Counted from the stretch's first letter, positions 53,128 through 64,000 are shown. The stretch is DNA of 64,000 bases from Gemmatimonadales bacterium (GCA_038321865.1 JBBQFH010000006.1:174-64173), one strand, 5' to 3'. Notes: a model not told the origin generated them from the letters alone. A program made the numbers and translations.

Positions 53128-53973
53128 TCAATGCACGCCGCGCTGCTTTCGTTTGGCCGCGTCGTCGAGGAATCGGCGCTCGGCCGGCGTGAGACTCGCG
53201 ATGCCCTGCGCGCTGATCTTGTCGAGCACGCGATCGAGCTCGGCCCCGGTGGTGTCAGCGGCCTGCGGGCGGGGGCGGCGCGGCAATGGCGTCGCGGGGG
53301 TGCGGCCCTCGGGCTCGTCGCCGGCACCCGACTGCACCATGACGACCCGCTCGACCGACCGCGCCGGCTCGGTCGGGGCGCGCCGGGACAGATGCTGCAG
53401 GCGGAGGAACAGCCAGCCGGCCATGGCGCCGCCGAGGTGGGCGGGATGGGCGATGCCGTCTCCCCGCGGCCAGAGCGCGAGCACGAGGTCGATGGCGATG
53501 AGGACCGTGACGAGGGTACGAGCCCGGATCGGCGTGGGGATGGGGAACACCAGCATCTCGGCGTCGGGCCAGAACATGGCGAACGCGACCATCACGCCCA
53601 GTATGGCGCCCGAGGCGCCGTAGAAGGCGTCGACCTGCATGAAGTTGCCGAGCAGCAGCGCGAAAACGGCCGCACCGACCCCGCAGTACAGATAATAGAG
53701 AATGAAGGAACGGCTGCCCATCCGGCTCTCGACGGCCGCGCCGAAGACGAAGAGCCCGATGGAGTTGGCCAGAAGGTGGCCGAGTCCGCCATGCACGAAC
53801 ATGTAGGAAACGAAGGTCCAGGGCCGCGCCAGCGCCCCCACAGGGGCAAAGGCCAGTGCCTCGCGCAGCAGCGGGGAGGTGAAGAGGGTCTCCATGAGAA
53901 GGAGCACCACCGCATTGATGACGAGGAGGCGCAGCACCCATGGGGTCAGGCGGGGATACGGCAGCAGGTTCAC
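53128..53973 (-). CDS. Rhomboid-family intramembrane serine protease
   Basis: It shows FVHGGLGHLLANS (the HxxxN region), the catalytic GASGAILG and a later His in AHLGGAMAG. A soluble C-terminal tail follows (ELDRVLDKISAQGIASLTPAERRFLD). Confidence 0.9.
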   Translation of the reverse strand: MNLLPYPRLTPWVLRLLVINAVVLLLMETLFTSPLLREALAFAPVGALARPWTFVSYMFVHGGLGHLLANSIGLFVFGAAVESRMGSRSFILYYLYCGVGAAVFALLLGNFMQVDAFYGASGAILGVMVAFAMFWPDAEMLVFPIPTPIRARTLVTVLIAIDLVLALWPRGDGIAHPAHLGGAMAGWLFLRLQHLSRRAPTEPARSVERVVMVQSGAGDEPEGRTPATPLPRRPRPQAADTTGAELDRVLDKISAQGIASLTPAERRFLDDAAKRKQRGVH

Positions 53974-53987
53974 CGGTCAGGCATCCT

Positions 53988-55037
<1,050 letters not shown>

Positions 55038-56426
55038 CTAGCGCGTCCCGATCATCTGCTGGAGCACATCGTACCGGCTCACGATCCCGATCAGGCTGCC
55101 ATCCTTCCGGACCAGTGCCGCCGGACTCTCGCGGGTCAGCATCGCGGCCAGGCGATCGGTCTGGAACTGGGCATCGACCACCGGGAACGGCGCCTCCATC
55201 ACTTCGCGCACCGGCCGGTCGAGCAGCGCCGGCTGTTCCAGCGCCCCGGTCATGAGCGCGCCTTCGATCAGCCCCCCCACGCACTCCCCGTCCTCCACCA
55301 CCGGAATCTGGCTCACCCCCCAGGTGCTCATGAGGTTGAGCGCCTGCCGGACCGCCGCCGAAGGGGCCACACTGACCAGCGCCGGCGCGTTGCCATGCCG
55401 CTGCTCCAGCAGCTGCTCCACCGTGAGCTGCGGTTTCGCAAGCAGCTGATTCTCCTGCATCCACTCGTCGTTGAACAGCTTGGACAGATAGCGCTCGCCG
55501 GTATCGCAGAGGATGGTGACTACGAGGGACGCCGGATCATCCAGCTCGCGCGCGACATCGAGCGCGAGCTGCACATTGAGCCCGGCCGACCCGCCGACCA
55601 GGATTCCCTCCTCCCGCGAGACTCGGCGGGCCATCGCCATGGACGCCTTGTCGGTCACCTGGCGCCACTCGTCGATGTAGTCGAACCAGATCGTCGTCGG
55701 AATCTGGTCGCCGCCGATGCCTTCGACCTTGTACGGGTGGCCCTCACCCATCGTCCGGGTCCGGGCGTACTGGCTGTAGAGCGAGCCGACCGGATCACCC
55801 GCGATCACCCGGATGGACGGGTTCTGCTCCTTGAGATACTTGCCGGCGCCGCTCACGGTTCCGCCGGTACCCGCGCCCGCCACCAGATGAGTGATGCGCC
55901 CGCCGGTCTGCTGCCAGAGCTCCGGCCCCGTCGTGCGGTAGTGCGCCTCCGGGTTCACGTCATTGAAGAACTGATTGGCCAGGAACGCGCCAGGCGTGTC
56001 CTTCACGATCTGCTTCGCCTTCATCACGTAATTGTCCGGATGGTCGGGCGGCACGGCGGTAGGCGTGATGACGACGTCGGCGCCATACGCCTTGAGCAGG
56101 CGCACCTTTTCCTGCGACATCTTGTCCGGCATCGTGAAGATGCACCGGTATCCCTTGAGCGCCGCCGCGATGGCCAGGCCCACGCCGGTGTTGCCGCTGG
56201 TGCCTTCGACCACGGTGCCGCCCGGTTTCAGCTCGCCGCGCCGCTCCGCATCCTCGATGATCGCCAGCCCGATCCGGTCCTTCACCGATCCACCCGGGTT
56301 GGCGTATTCGGCCTTGCCGTACACCGGTGTGCGGATGCCGGCGCCGACCCGGCCCAGCCGGATGAGCGGCGTCCAGCCCACCGTGTCGAGAACCGAGTCG
56401 TACGGCGTCAGGTGCGGATGGGTCAT
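55038..56426 (-). CDS. Cystathionine beta-synthase (PLP domain plus C-terminal CBS pair)
   Basis: The start was chosen at ATG 56426 (MTHPHLTPYDSVLDTVGWTPLIRL). It has the PLP Lys context NPGGSVKDR, plus GTSGNTGVGLA and GAGTGGT. Two CBS motifs follow at the C-terminus. Confidence 0.9.
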   Translation of the reverse strand: MTHPHLTPYDSVLDTVGWTPLIRLGRVGAGIRTPVYGKAEYANPGGSVKDRIGLAIIEDAERRGELKPGGTVVEGTSGNTGVGLAIAAALKGYRCIFTMPDKMSQEKVRLLKAYGADVVITPTAVPPDHPDNYVMKAKQIVKDTPGAFLANQFFNDVNPEAHYRTTGPELWQQTGGRITHLVAGAGTGGTVSGAGKYLKEQNPSIRVIAGDPVGSLYSQYARTRTMGEGHPYKVEGIGGDQIPTTIWFDYIDEWRQVTDKASMAMARRVSREEGILVGGSAGLNVQLALDVARELDDPASLVVTILCDTGERYLSKLFNDEWMQENQLLAKPQLTVEQLLEQRHGNAPALVSVAPSAAVRQALNLMSTWGVSQIPVVEDGECVGGLIEGALMTGALEQPALLDRPVREVMEAPFPVVDAQFQTDRLAAMLTRESPAALVRKDGSLIGIVSRYDVLQQMIGTR

Positions 56427-56890
56427 GGGGTGATTTCCGAGTGGGCCGGGTTGCGGAAATGGAACGGCTGCAGGAACGGCGTCGCGACCGGCGCCCCCTG
56501 GTGCAGCGCGGGCGCAAAATGCAGCTTCGGTGCCGCCGCGAGCGCGGCCGAATCGAGTGCCGGATAGCCGCTGGACTCGGCGATGCGGATCGAATCGGGC
56601 TCGATGCGGCCGGTTGCATCCACGAAAAGGCGGACCAGCACCGTCCCCTCGATCCCGGCGCGCAGCAGCGCAGCGGGATAGACCGCGGGCGTATTCGCAT
56701 CGAGCGCCACCGGCGGGTCGTCCCCCGGGGCGACGAGGGGCGCCGTCGGCCGCTCCGCGGCCGGCGGAGGCGGCTCCCGCCGGCAGGCCACCGCCAGCAT
56801 GGCGGCGGCCCCGAGGAAGGCGATGCGACGGGTACGGAATGGCGCGGCAGTCACTTCCCAAATTACCCAGGTGTTATCCTTCGCGTCCAA
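56423..56890 (-). CDS. TonB C-terminal-domain protein
   Basis: It has a TM/lipobox-like N-terminus and a Pro-rich linker (EPPPPAAERPTAPLVAPGDDPP). The TonB_C pattern follows (YPAALLRAGIEGTVLVRLFVDATGRI...SSGYPALDSAAL). The TTG start is uncertain. There is a 4-nt overlap with the CBS gene. Confidence 0.7.
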   Translation of the reverse strand: MDAKDNTWVIWEVTAAPFRTRRIAFLGAAAMLAVACRREPPPPAAERPTAPLVAPGDDPPVALDANTPAVYPAALLRAGIEGTVLVRLFVDATGRIEPDSIRIAESSGYPALDSAALAAAPKLHFAPALHQGAPVATPFLQPFHFRNPAHSEITP

Positions 56891-56907
56891 TTTTTTCCGA
56901 GCGAGAG

Positions 56908-58320
56908 ATGACCGAGGCGGTTGAAGCGGTGCCGGCCGGCGGCCTGCGGCGCGCCATCCGGGACGGCATCCGGGGCACCCGGCAGGATTACACGCAGGGC
57001 TCTGTCGGCCGCGCGGTGATCCTCCTCGCGGTCCCGATGGTGCTGGAAATGGCGATGGAATCCGTCTTCGCCGTCGTGGACGTCTTTTTCGTGTCTCGCC
57101 TGGGCGCCTCGGCGGTCGCGACCGTGGGGCTGACCGAATCGCTGCTCGCGCTCGTCTACACGATGGCGATGGGGCTGAGCATCGGCGTCGCGGCGACCGT
57201 GTCCCGCCGAATCGGCGAACGGGACGCCGACGGCGCCGCCCGCACCGCCGTGCAGGGTATCGCGATGGGCGTCATCATCGCCCTCGCCCTCGGCATCGCC
57301 GGCGTGACGCTGGCACCGCGGTTGCTGGCGCTGATGGGCGCGACGTCCGACGTCCTGGCCATCGGCACCCGCTATGCGCGCGTGATGCTGGGCGGCAACA
57401 TCGTGATCCTGCTGCTCTTTCTCATCAACGCGGTCTTTCGCGGCGCCGGCGACGCGGTGGTCTCGATGCGCGTCCTCTGGACTGCCAACCTCATCAACAT
57501 CTTCCTTGGCCCCTGTCTCATCTTCGGCGTCGGCCCGCTGCCGCGGATGGGGGTCACCGGTGCGGCCGTCGGCACCACGATCGGCCGGGGGATCGGCGTC
57601 CTGCTGCAGCTCTACCTGCTGACGCAACGGAATGGCCGGGTGCGGGTCCGACGCCGCCACATGCATCTCGATTTCGGGCTTATGTGGCGGCTGGTCCGGC
57701 GCTCCGCGAGCGGCACCCTGCAGGTGCTCATCGGGACTGCGAGCTGGATCGGGCTGGTGCGGGTCATTGCGGGATTCGGGAGCGTGGCCCTCGCGGGATA
57801 CACGATCGCCATTCGAATCCTGCTCTTCGCGCTGCTGCCATCGTTCGGCATGAGCAACGCCGCGGCCACCATGGTGGGCCAGGCGCTCGGCGCCGGGAAG
57901 CCCGAGCGCGCCGAGGCCGCCGTGTGGCGTGCCGGCCGGTACAACACCGTCTTTCTGTCGCTCGTCGGGATCGTGTTCGTCTTTGCCGCGACGCCGATCG
58001 TCCGGCTCTTTACGGTCGACCCGGCGGTGCAACCGATCGCGGTGGACTGCCTCCGGATCGTGGCGCTGGGCTTCCCGCTCTACGGATTCGGCATGGTCTT
58101 CACCCAGGCCTTCAACGGCGCCGGCGACACCTGGACCCCGACGCTCATCAACCTCGGCTGCTTCTGGCTGTGGGAGATCCCGCTGGCCTGGCTGCTGGCG
58201 CGACATTTCGCCATGGGACCGCGCGGCGGGTTCATCGCCATCATGGTGGCGTTTGCGACGCTGGCGCCCGTAAGCGCGCTGCTGTTCCGGCAAGGCCGCT
58301 GGAAGCGGCAGCGGGTGTGA
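56908..58320 (+). CDS. MATE-family efflux transporter
   Basis: It has 12 TM helices, a typical N-terminus (AVILLAVPMVLEMAMESVFAVVDVFFVSRLG) and an internal repeat. The start was chosen at ATG 56908 within ORF 56530-58320. Confidence 0.9.
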   Translation: MTEAVEAVPAGGLRRAIRDGIRGTRQDYTQGSVGRAVILLAVPMVLEMAMESVFAVVDVFFVSRLGASAVATVGLTESLLALVYTMAMGLSIGVAATVSRRIGERDADGAARTAVQGIAMGVIIALALGIAGVTLAPRLLALMGATSDVLAIGTRYARVMLGGNIVILLLFLINAVFRGAGDAVVSMRVLWTANLINIFLGPCLIFGVGPLPRMGVTGAAVGTTIGRGIGVLLQLYLLTQRNGRVRVRRRHMHLDFGLMWRLVRRSASGTLQVLIGTASWIGLVRVIAGFGSVALAGYTIAIRILLFALLPSFGMSNAAATMVGQALGAGKPERAEAAVWRAGRYNTVFLSLVGIVFVFAATPIVRLFTVDPAVQPIAVDCLRIVALGFPLYGFGMVFTQAFNGAGDTWTPTLINLGCFWLWEIPLAWLLARHFAMGPRGGFIAIMVAFATLAPVSALLFRQGRWKRQRV

Positions 58321-58321
58321 G

Positions 58322-59446
58322 CTACGGGTGCGGAGGCAGCCGGTAGCGCTCCAGCCGCTCGACGCCATCCGCGTCCGTCGCGACCAGGTACGCCGTCTCC
58401 CGGCCGAAGGCGATCAGCCGCCGCCCCGCCGGCAACGCGACCGCCGAGACGCGGCGGCCGGCCCCATCGAACAGGTCGAAGGTGCGCGCCACACCCGATG
58501 CCACGGATCGCTCCACCCAGAGCATGCCGTCCGGCGCGATGCGCGGCGCCGTGTCGGTGAACGGCGGCCGCACCGGCGCAAATTCCTGGTTCGTCACCAT
58601 CGCGGCGATCGCTTCGGGTGTGGTCATGCTCGAAGGCATGGCGCTCACCCCGCCGGTGCCGCGGCCCGAGATCGACGACGTGAGCACGAAGCGGGTGACG
58701 TACTCGCTACGGTCACCGCGCGTCACCGTCAGCGGCCGGTACGGCGTCGCGGGCCCGCTCGAAATCCTCCCGCTGGCCGGATCACGCCACTCCACCCGGT
58801 ACCCGGCCGACCGCACGAAGGCGATGCGGCCCGACCCGTCCACCTGCCACACGTCCTGCGGCGCGAAGACGACGTACGGAATCCCCATCACGCGCGTGTT
58901 CAGGCGATAGGTGATGCCGCGTACGCGGCCCAGCCGCTCGATCCGGTCGGTGCGCGGGTCCCAGCGCGCGACGATCACGGAGTCGTTGGGTGCGGCACCG
59001 GGCTGCGCCCAGGTGGGAATCTCGAAGTAGACGCGCCCGGCGCGATCGGTTCCGCGCGGCGTGACGCTGCCGCTCATGCCGGGACGCTGGCTCGATACCG
59101 AGCGCGCCACCTTGAGGTCCGGTCCGATAACGGCGAGACGATTATTGCCTTCATCCAGCAGCAGGGTGGAATCACCCGGCAGCGGCAGCAGCGTGCCCGG
59201 CAGCTGGTACTCGGCCGGGCCGGGCCCCTTCCGCGCGAGCTGCCGGACGGCGCCGGTCCGGAGGTCCGCCACAAGAACGATTTCATCCAGCCGGTCGGCC
59301 ACGAGGACCCGGCCGTCCGGCAGCTCCCTGACCCCGCGGATCTGGCTGAACTCGCGGGCAAGTGATGCCTCCGGCCCGGCGAGCCGGCGCACGGGCACCA
59401 CATCGGGAACCTGCATCAGCGTGGCCGCGAGCAAGACCGCGAGCAT
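58322..59446 (-). CDS. Secreted hypothetical protein, probably a beta-propeller
   Basis: The start at ATG 59446 gives a signal-like MLAVLLAATLMQ. The body shows repeated strand-turn units with DGR, DG and GR motifs. I recognised no family. Confidence 0.6.
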   Translation of the reverse strand: MLAVLLAATLMQVPDVVPVRRLAGPEASLAREFSQIRGVRELPDGRVLVADRLDEIVLVADLRTGAVRQLARKGPGPAEYQLPGTLLPLPGDSTLLLDEGNNRLAVIGPDLKVARSVSSQRPGMSGSVTPRGTDRAGRVYFEIPTWAQPGAAPNDSVIVARWDPRTDRIERLGRVRGITYRLNTRVMGIPYVVFAPQDVWQVDGSGRIAFVRSAGYRVEWRDPASGRISSGPATPYRPLTVTRGDRSEYVTRFVLTSSISGRGTGGVSAMPSSMTTPEAIAAMVTNQEFAPVRPPFTDTAPRIAPDGMLWVERSVASGVARTFDLFDGAGRRVSAVALPAGRRLIAFGRETAYLVATDADGVERLERYRLPPHP

Positions 59447-59527
59447 GGCGAGCTCCGAAGCGAGGGGTGAAGGGATACCGCATAGACGCCTGGAACGGCG
59501 GCGTGGTTGCAGCGGGTAGATTCCGCC

Positions 59528-62032
59528 ATGGCCCTTCCGATCGAGCCGTCGCTTCCGGCCCTCGCCCGCGCGCTCCATGATGGCCGCTCGGCCGTGCTGC
59601 AGGCGCCGCCGGGCGCGGGGAAGACGACGCGGGTGCCGCTCGCCCTGCTCGATGAGGCGTGGCTGGCCGGGCGGCGCATCGTGATGCTCGAGCCCAGGCG
59701 GCTGGCGGCGCGCGCGGCCGCCCGGCGCATGGCGGAGCTGCGCGGTGAGCGGGTCGGCGAGACCGTCGGCTACCGCATGCGCGGCGACAGCCGGGTCGGC
59801 GCCGGCACGCGCATCGAGGTCGTCACCGAGGGTGTCCTCACCCGGATGCTGGCCGACGACCCGTCACTCGACGGCGCCGGGCTCGTGATCTTCGATGAGT
59901 TTCATGAGCGGAGTCTCAACGCCGATCTGGGTCTCGCGCTCGCCCTGCAGGCGCAGGCGGTGCTGCGCGAGGATCTGCGGCTCCTGGTCATGTCGGCCAC
60001 ACTGGACGGGGCCGCGGTGGCCCGCCTGCTCAGCGGGGCGCCGATTATCACGAGTGAAGGCCGGAGTTTTCCGGTGCAGACGCGCTACCTGCCGCGGCGC
60101 GCCGGCCGCCGGCTCGAAGACGACGTCGCCGCGGCTGTTCGAGAGGCCCTCGAGACCGAAGCCGGCGACATACTCGTCTTTCTGCCGGGCGCCGGCGAGA
60201 TCCGCCGCGTCGAATCGCTACTGCTCGGCTCAGCGCTCCGTACAGACCTGCTCATAGCCCCGCTGCATGGCTCACTGGCGCAGGAGGCACAGGACCAGGC
60301 GTTGCGGCCGAGTCCGGCGGGGCGGCGAAAAATCGTCCTGTCCACATCCATTGCGCAGACCAGCCTGACGATCGAAGGAATCCGCGTGGTGATCGACGCC
60401 GGATTGTCGCGCGTGCCACGGTTCTCGGCGCGCACCGGGATGACGCGCCTCGAGACAGTCCGCGTGTCCCGGGCCTCGGCCGAACAGCGGCGCGGCCGGG
60501 CCGGGCGCCTCGCTGCGGGCAGCTGCTACCGGCTCTGGGGGGAGGCCGAGGAGTCCGGCTTCCTGCCGCGTGACACGCCGGAAATTCTCGAAGCCGATCT
60601 CGCACCGGTCGCGCTTGACCTGGCCGCCGCCGGCGTCGCCGATCCCGCCGACCTGCGGTGGCTCGACCCTCCGCCGGCGCCGGCGTTCGCCTCCGCCCGG
60701 GCGCTCCTCGGCCAGCTCGGGGCGTGTGATGCCGGCGGCCGCATCACGCCGCGAGGCCGGCGCATGGCGGCTCTGCCCCTGCACCCGCGGCTGGCCCACA
60801 TGCTGATCGAGGCCGAAGCGCTGAATCAGGGGGCGCTGGCCTGTGATCTCGCGGCGCTGCTGGGCGAGCGCGACGTGCTCAGGGGCGAGGGCGGACCACC
60901 CCATGCCGACCTCCGCGTCCGGCTCGACCTGCTGCACCATCGCGAGGCCGACACGCGGTTCGCCGGCGGTATCGAAATCGATCGCGACGCACTGCGGCGG
61001 GTGCGGACCGAGGCGGCCGAGCTGCGGCGCCGGCTCTCGCCATCGGCGCCGGATATCAGAGCGGACGATGCCGCCGGGCGCATCCTGGCGTCGGCCTATC
61101 CCGATCGTGTCGCGCAACGGCGTCCCGGCCCGTCGGCGCGCTTTCTCCTCCGAAACGGCGGCGGCGCCTCGCTCACGCCGGGAGATCTCCTGTGGGATGC
61201 GGAGTGGCTGGTCGTCGCCGAGACGGACGGGCGGCGGCCGGAAGCCCGGATCGCCCTGGCCTGTCCGGTCTCCCAGGACGAGATCCTCGCGGTACTGGGT
61301 GACGCCATCGTGCGGGAAGTCGCGGTCGAGTGGGACGCCCGGGCGGGAGCGGTCGTGGCGCACACGCTCGACCGCCTGGGGGCGATCTTGCTGCGGGACA
61401 TCCCGCTGCGCGATCCGCCGGCCGCCGCCGTCGCCGCGGCGCTGCTGGGTGGAATCCGGGCTGAAGGAATGGCCGCGCTTCCGTGGACCGACAACGCGCA
61501 GCGGCTGCGGGCGCGAGTGGCGTTTCTCCGGGATCACGATCCCTCGTGGCCCGATCTCTCCGACGCCGCGCTGCTGGCGCGGCTGGACGAGTGGCTCGGA
61601 CCGGAGCTCGCCGGCATTCGCCGGCGCGACGAGCTCCGGCGCGTCGACCTTGCGGCCGCGCTGCTCGGCATCCTCGACTGGCGCCAGCGCGCCGCGCTCG
61701 ACGCGGCGGCTCCAACCCACATCCAGGTGCCGACCGGGTCCAGGATACCGGTGGATTACACCGATCCCGCCGCTCCGGCGCTGGCCGTCCGGCTGCAGGA
61801 GCTGTTCGGACTCGCGGACACCCCGCGGATCGGCGGGGACCGTGTCCCGGTCATTCTGCAGCTGCTCTCGCCGGCCGGGCGCCCGGTGCAGATCACCCGC
61901 GATCTCGCGGGGTTCTGGTCCGGCAGCTATGCCGCGGTGAAGAAGGACCTCAAGGGCCGCTATCCGCGACACTACTGGCCGGATGATCCGCTGCGGGCGG
62001 AGCCGACCCGCCGCGTCCGGCCGCGGGGCTAG
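59528..62032 (+). CDS. hrpB: ATP-dependent RNA helicase HrpB (DEAH box)
   Basis: It has Walker A (APPGAGKTT), DEFHERS and SATL motifs, then the helicase C and HA2 regions and the HrpB-specific C-terminal domain (RYPRHYWPDDP). Confidence 0.92.
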   Translation: MALPIEPSLPALARALHDGRSAVLQAPPGAGKTTRVPLALLDEAWLAGRRIVMLEPRRLAARAAARRMAELRGERVGETVGYRMRGDSRVGAGTRIEVVTEGVLTRMLADDPSLDGAGLVIFDEFHERSLNADLGLALALQAQAVLREDLRLLVMSATLDGAAVARLLSGAPIITSEGRSFPVQTRYLPRRAGRRLEDDVAAAVREALETEAGDILVFLPGAGEIRRVESLLLGSALRTDLLIAPLHGSLAQEAQDQALRPSPAGRRKIVLSTSIAQTSLTIEGIRVVIDAGLSRVPRFSARTGMTRLETVRVSRASAEQRRGRAGRLAAGSCYRLWGEAEESGFLPRDTPEILEADLAPVALDLAAAGVADPADLRWLDPPPAPAFASARALLGQLGACDAGGRITPRGRRMAALPLHPRLAHMLIEAEALNQGALACDLAALLGERDVLRGEGGPPHADLRVRLDLLHHREADTRFAGGIEIDRDALRRVRTEAAELRRRLSPSAPDIRADDAAGRILASAYPDRVAQRRPGPSARFLLRNGGGASLTPGDLLWDAEWLVVAETDGRRPEARIALACPVSQDEILAVLGDAIVREVAVEWDARAGAVVAHTLDRLGAILLRDIPLRDPPAAAVAAALLGGIRAEGMAALPWTDNAQRLRARVAFLRDHDPSWPDLSDAALLARLDEWLGPELAGIRRRDELRRVDLAAALLGILDWRQRAALDAAAPTHIQVPTGSRIPVDYTDPAAPALAVRLQELFGLADTPRIGGDRVPVILQLLSPAGRPVQITRDLAGFWSGSYAAVKKDLKGRYPRHYWPDDPLRAEPTRRVRPRG

Positions 62033-62106
62033 CGAGCCGCCGCCGCCGTCCATCAGGGTAGATTTCGTCCACGCCTTCAGAGATCACCATCACCCCAGGC
62101 CGTCCC

Positions 62107-62802
62107 ATGACCAGACCTGTCCGTGCCCGTCTCCGCCTCGCCATCCCACTGATCGCGCTGGCCGTCGGCCGGCCGGTGCTCCACGCGCAGCAGGTGGACA
62201 CCAGCGCATACGTCGCCTCGTTCATCACGGCGGGCCGTCCGGAGGACGAGCTCCGCTCCGGCATCGAGCGCGCCCAGGTCGAGGAGCAGAACGCCGCGCG
62301 CGAAGCCGACCGGATCAAGCAGTATCGCGATCAGCTCGCCGCCCGGGTCAACGTGCAGCGCGCCGATATCGGCGCGCTCAAGTCCCGCACCGATCTCGCG
62401 AAGAAGGAGGGCCGCGACGCCGATCGCGCCGATCTTGAGTTGCGGCGGCGGAAGGCGGAGCTCGACCAGAAGACATTCGAGCAGGTGAAGTCGCTGTACG
62501 AGGCACAGGTCGGCGAGCTGGAGGCACGTCGGGACTGGGAGCGGGCGCGGGGCAAATCGTACGAGGCCGAGCTGAATCTCTCGCGCAAGCGGACCGAACG
62601 GATGGAGCGGCAGACCGCCGACTCGACTTCGCTCGGCCGGCTGGACGCCGACATTTACTCGCTGGAAGGCAAAATGCTCGAGGCGCGCAAGGCTGAAGCC
62701 GACCGGCAGGCGACGTGGGCATCACGCTACCGGAGCACCGTGGATCGCCAGATCTCGGTGTACCGTGCGCAGGCCAGTGCCCGGTCTACCTCCGGACGCT
62801 GA
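62107..62802 (+). CDS. Secreted coiled-coil protein
   Basis: A signal peptide (LRLAIPLIALAVGRPVLHAQQ) is followed by a long stretch rich in R, E, A, K and D with a heptad-like pattern. Confidence 0.6.
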   Translation: MTRPVRARLRLAIPLIALAVGRPVLHAQQVDTSAYVASFITAGRPEDELRSGIERAQVEEQNAAREADRIKQYRDQLAARVNVQRADIGALKSRTDLAKKEGRDADRADLELRRRKAELDQKTFEQVKSLYEAQVGELEARRDWERARGKSYEAELNLSRKRTERMERQTADSTSLGRLDADIYSLEGKMLEARKAEADRQATWASRYRSTVDRQISVYRAQASARSTSGR

Positions 62803-62805
62803 CGA

Positions 62806-64000
62806 TCAGGCTGGCCCGGCTTCGCGCTGCAGCTCGGCGAGCCGGTTGAGGGCATCGAGCGGCGTAAGTGAATTGACGTCGAGATCGCGGAGCCGGCCCA
62901 GGACGGGGTGCGGCTCCGCGATGGCAAAGAGGGGCAGCTGGCCGGGATCGGCCGGCCGGGGAGCGGGCCCCTCGACCACGCGGTGCTCACCCTCGAGCGT
63001 CCGGAGCACCTCGCGGGCGCGGCGGACCACCGCATCCGGCAGCCCGGCGAGCTGGGCCACGTGCACGCCGTACGAACGGTCGGTGCCGCCCGGCTCGAGC
63101 CGGTGGAGGAACACGACGGCATCCCCGCTTTCCCGCACGGCCACATTGTAGTTGCGCGCGTGCTGAAGCTGCTCCGGCAGCTGCATCAGCTCATGGTAGT
63201 GCGTGGCGAACATCGTCTTGCAGCCGATGCGATCGTGCAGGTATTCGGTGACCGCCCAGGCGATCGCCACGCCGTCGTAGGTCGATGTGCCCCGCCCGAT
63301 CTCATCCAGCAGCACCAGGCTCCGCGCCGTCGCGTTGTGAAGGATCGCGCTGGTCTCGCTCATCTCCACCATGAAGGTGGACTGGCCGCGCGACAGGTTG
63401 TCGCTGGCGCCGACGCGGGTGAACAGCCGGTCCGCGACGCCGATGCGCGCCTCCGCCGCGGGCACGAACGACCCGATCTGGGCCAGCACGACGCAGAGCC
63501 CGATCTGGCGCAGGATCGTGCTCTTGCCCGCCATGTTCGGCCCCGTGACGAGCAGGACGCGCTCCGCCTCGTCGAAGCGGACGTCATTGGGAATGAACGA
63601 CTCGCGCGGCATCAGGCGCTCGATCACCGGATGCCGGCATTCACGAAGGCGGAGCGCGTAGTCGTCGGTCACTTCCGGGCGCACGTAGCGGCCCGTCACC
63701 GCGCACTCGGCCAGACTGGTCCAGACATCGAGCCGCGCGGCCGCGCGCGCGGTGCACTGCACCCGTTCGATCGCCGCGCCCACGCGCGCCCTCAATACGC
63801 CGAACAGCTCCGCTTCCCGGACACCCATGCGCTCCTCGGCGCCGAGCACCCGGGATTCGTATTCCTTCAGTTCGGGCGTGACGTACCGCTCCGCCCCGGC
63901 CAGCGTCTGGCGCCGCTCGTAGTCGGCGGGCACCCGGCTGGCATGCGCGTGCGTGATCTCGAGATAGTACCCGAACACCTTGTTGAACCCGACCTTCAGC
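62806..64000 (-). CDS. mutS: DNA mismatch repair protein MutS, C-terminal part (N-terminus lies beyond the right window edge)
   Basis: It has Walker A (GPNMAGKST), STFMVEMSE, DEIGRGTSTYDG and FATHYHEL motifs. The frame stays open to position 64000 (upstream codons read LKVGFNKVFGYYLEIT). Confidence 0.95.
   Translation of the reverse strand, partial: LKVGFNKVFGYYLEITHAHASRVPADYERRQTLAGAERYVTPELKEYESRVLGAEERMGVREAELFGVLRARVGAAIERVQCTARAAARLDVWTSLAECAVTGRYVRPEVTDDYALRLRECRHPVIERLMPRESFIPNDVRFDEAERVLLVTGPNMAGKSTILRQIGLCVVLAQIGSFVPAAEARIGVADRLFTRVGASDNLSRGQSTFMVEMSETSAILHNATARSLVLLDEIGRGTSTYDGVAIAWAVTEYLHDRIGCKTMFATHYHELMQLPEQLQHARNYNVAVRESGDAVVFLHRLEPGGTDRSYGVHVAQLAGLPDAVVRRAREVLRTLEGEHRVVEGPAPRPADPGQLPLFAIAEPHPVLGRLRDLDVNSLTPLDALNRLAELQREAGPA

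Overview
This is a very GC-rich (about 70% by eye) bacterial chromosomal segment spanning the replication-origin neighbourhood. The core is dnaN<-dnaA (42.3-45.1 kb, minus strand), divergent from rpmH-rnpA-yidD-yidC-mnmE (45.3-49.1 kb, plus strand). An AT-rich, DnaA-box-bearing spacer lies between dnaA and dnaN.

I can support about 75 protein-coding genes, one RNase P RNA (rnpB, about 37308-37714), one internally deleted pseudogene (DUF486/DMT, 22436-22632) and a few intrinsic terminators. I recognised no rRNA, tRNA, CRISPR array, transposase, integrase or phage genes. This looks like core chromosome, not a mobile island.

Housekeeping genes include polA, pyrE, udk, fahA, mtgA, ddl, hrpB, mutS (partial), rnd, cystathionine beta-synthase and a cystathionine gamma-synthase/lyase-family enzyme. 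The gene content (GWxTD lipoprotein, Ser/Thr kinase with TPR sensor, orphan FtsX permease, many DinB-fold proteins) resembles Gemmatimonadota or Acidobacteriota. I cannot confirm the taxon without a database search.

All family calls come from reading motifs in the supplied translations or in frames I translated by hand. No similarity search was run. Several real genes are absent from the ORF track because they are under 60 aa or run off the window edge (rpmH, the patatin-like gene at 1-1161, and three small ORFs).

The most interesting observations are:
- rnpA has no canonical start codon downstream of rpmH. It is either a Thermus-like rpmH-embedded-in-rnpA overlap or a CTGA-coupled CTG start.
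- An NRAMP-fold transporter has all canonical metal-site residues replaced (EAGS and SPY instead of DPGN and MPH). It is tightly coupled to two PRC-barrel genes.
- An encapsulated-ferritin (EncFtn)-like gene has no targeting peptide and no encapsulin shell nearby. It is paired with a stand-alone RAM-domain protein.
- A tightly packed operon of five unknown small proteins sits directly upstream of mgtC.
- An unknown 303-aa protein is translationally coupled to fumarylacetoacetase.

I did not find a clear-cut novel multi-gene system such as a defence island. The candidates above are hypotheses.
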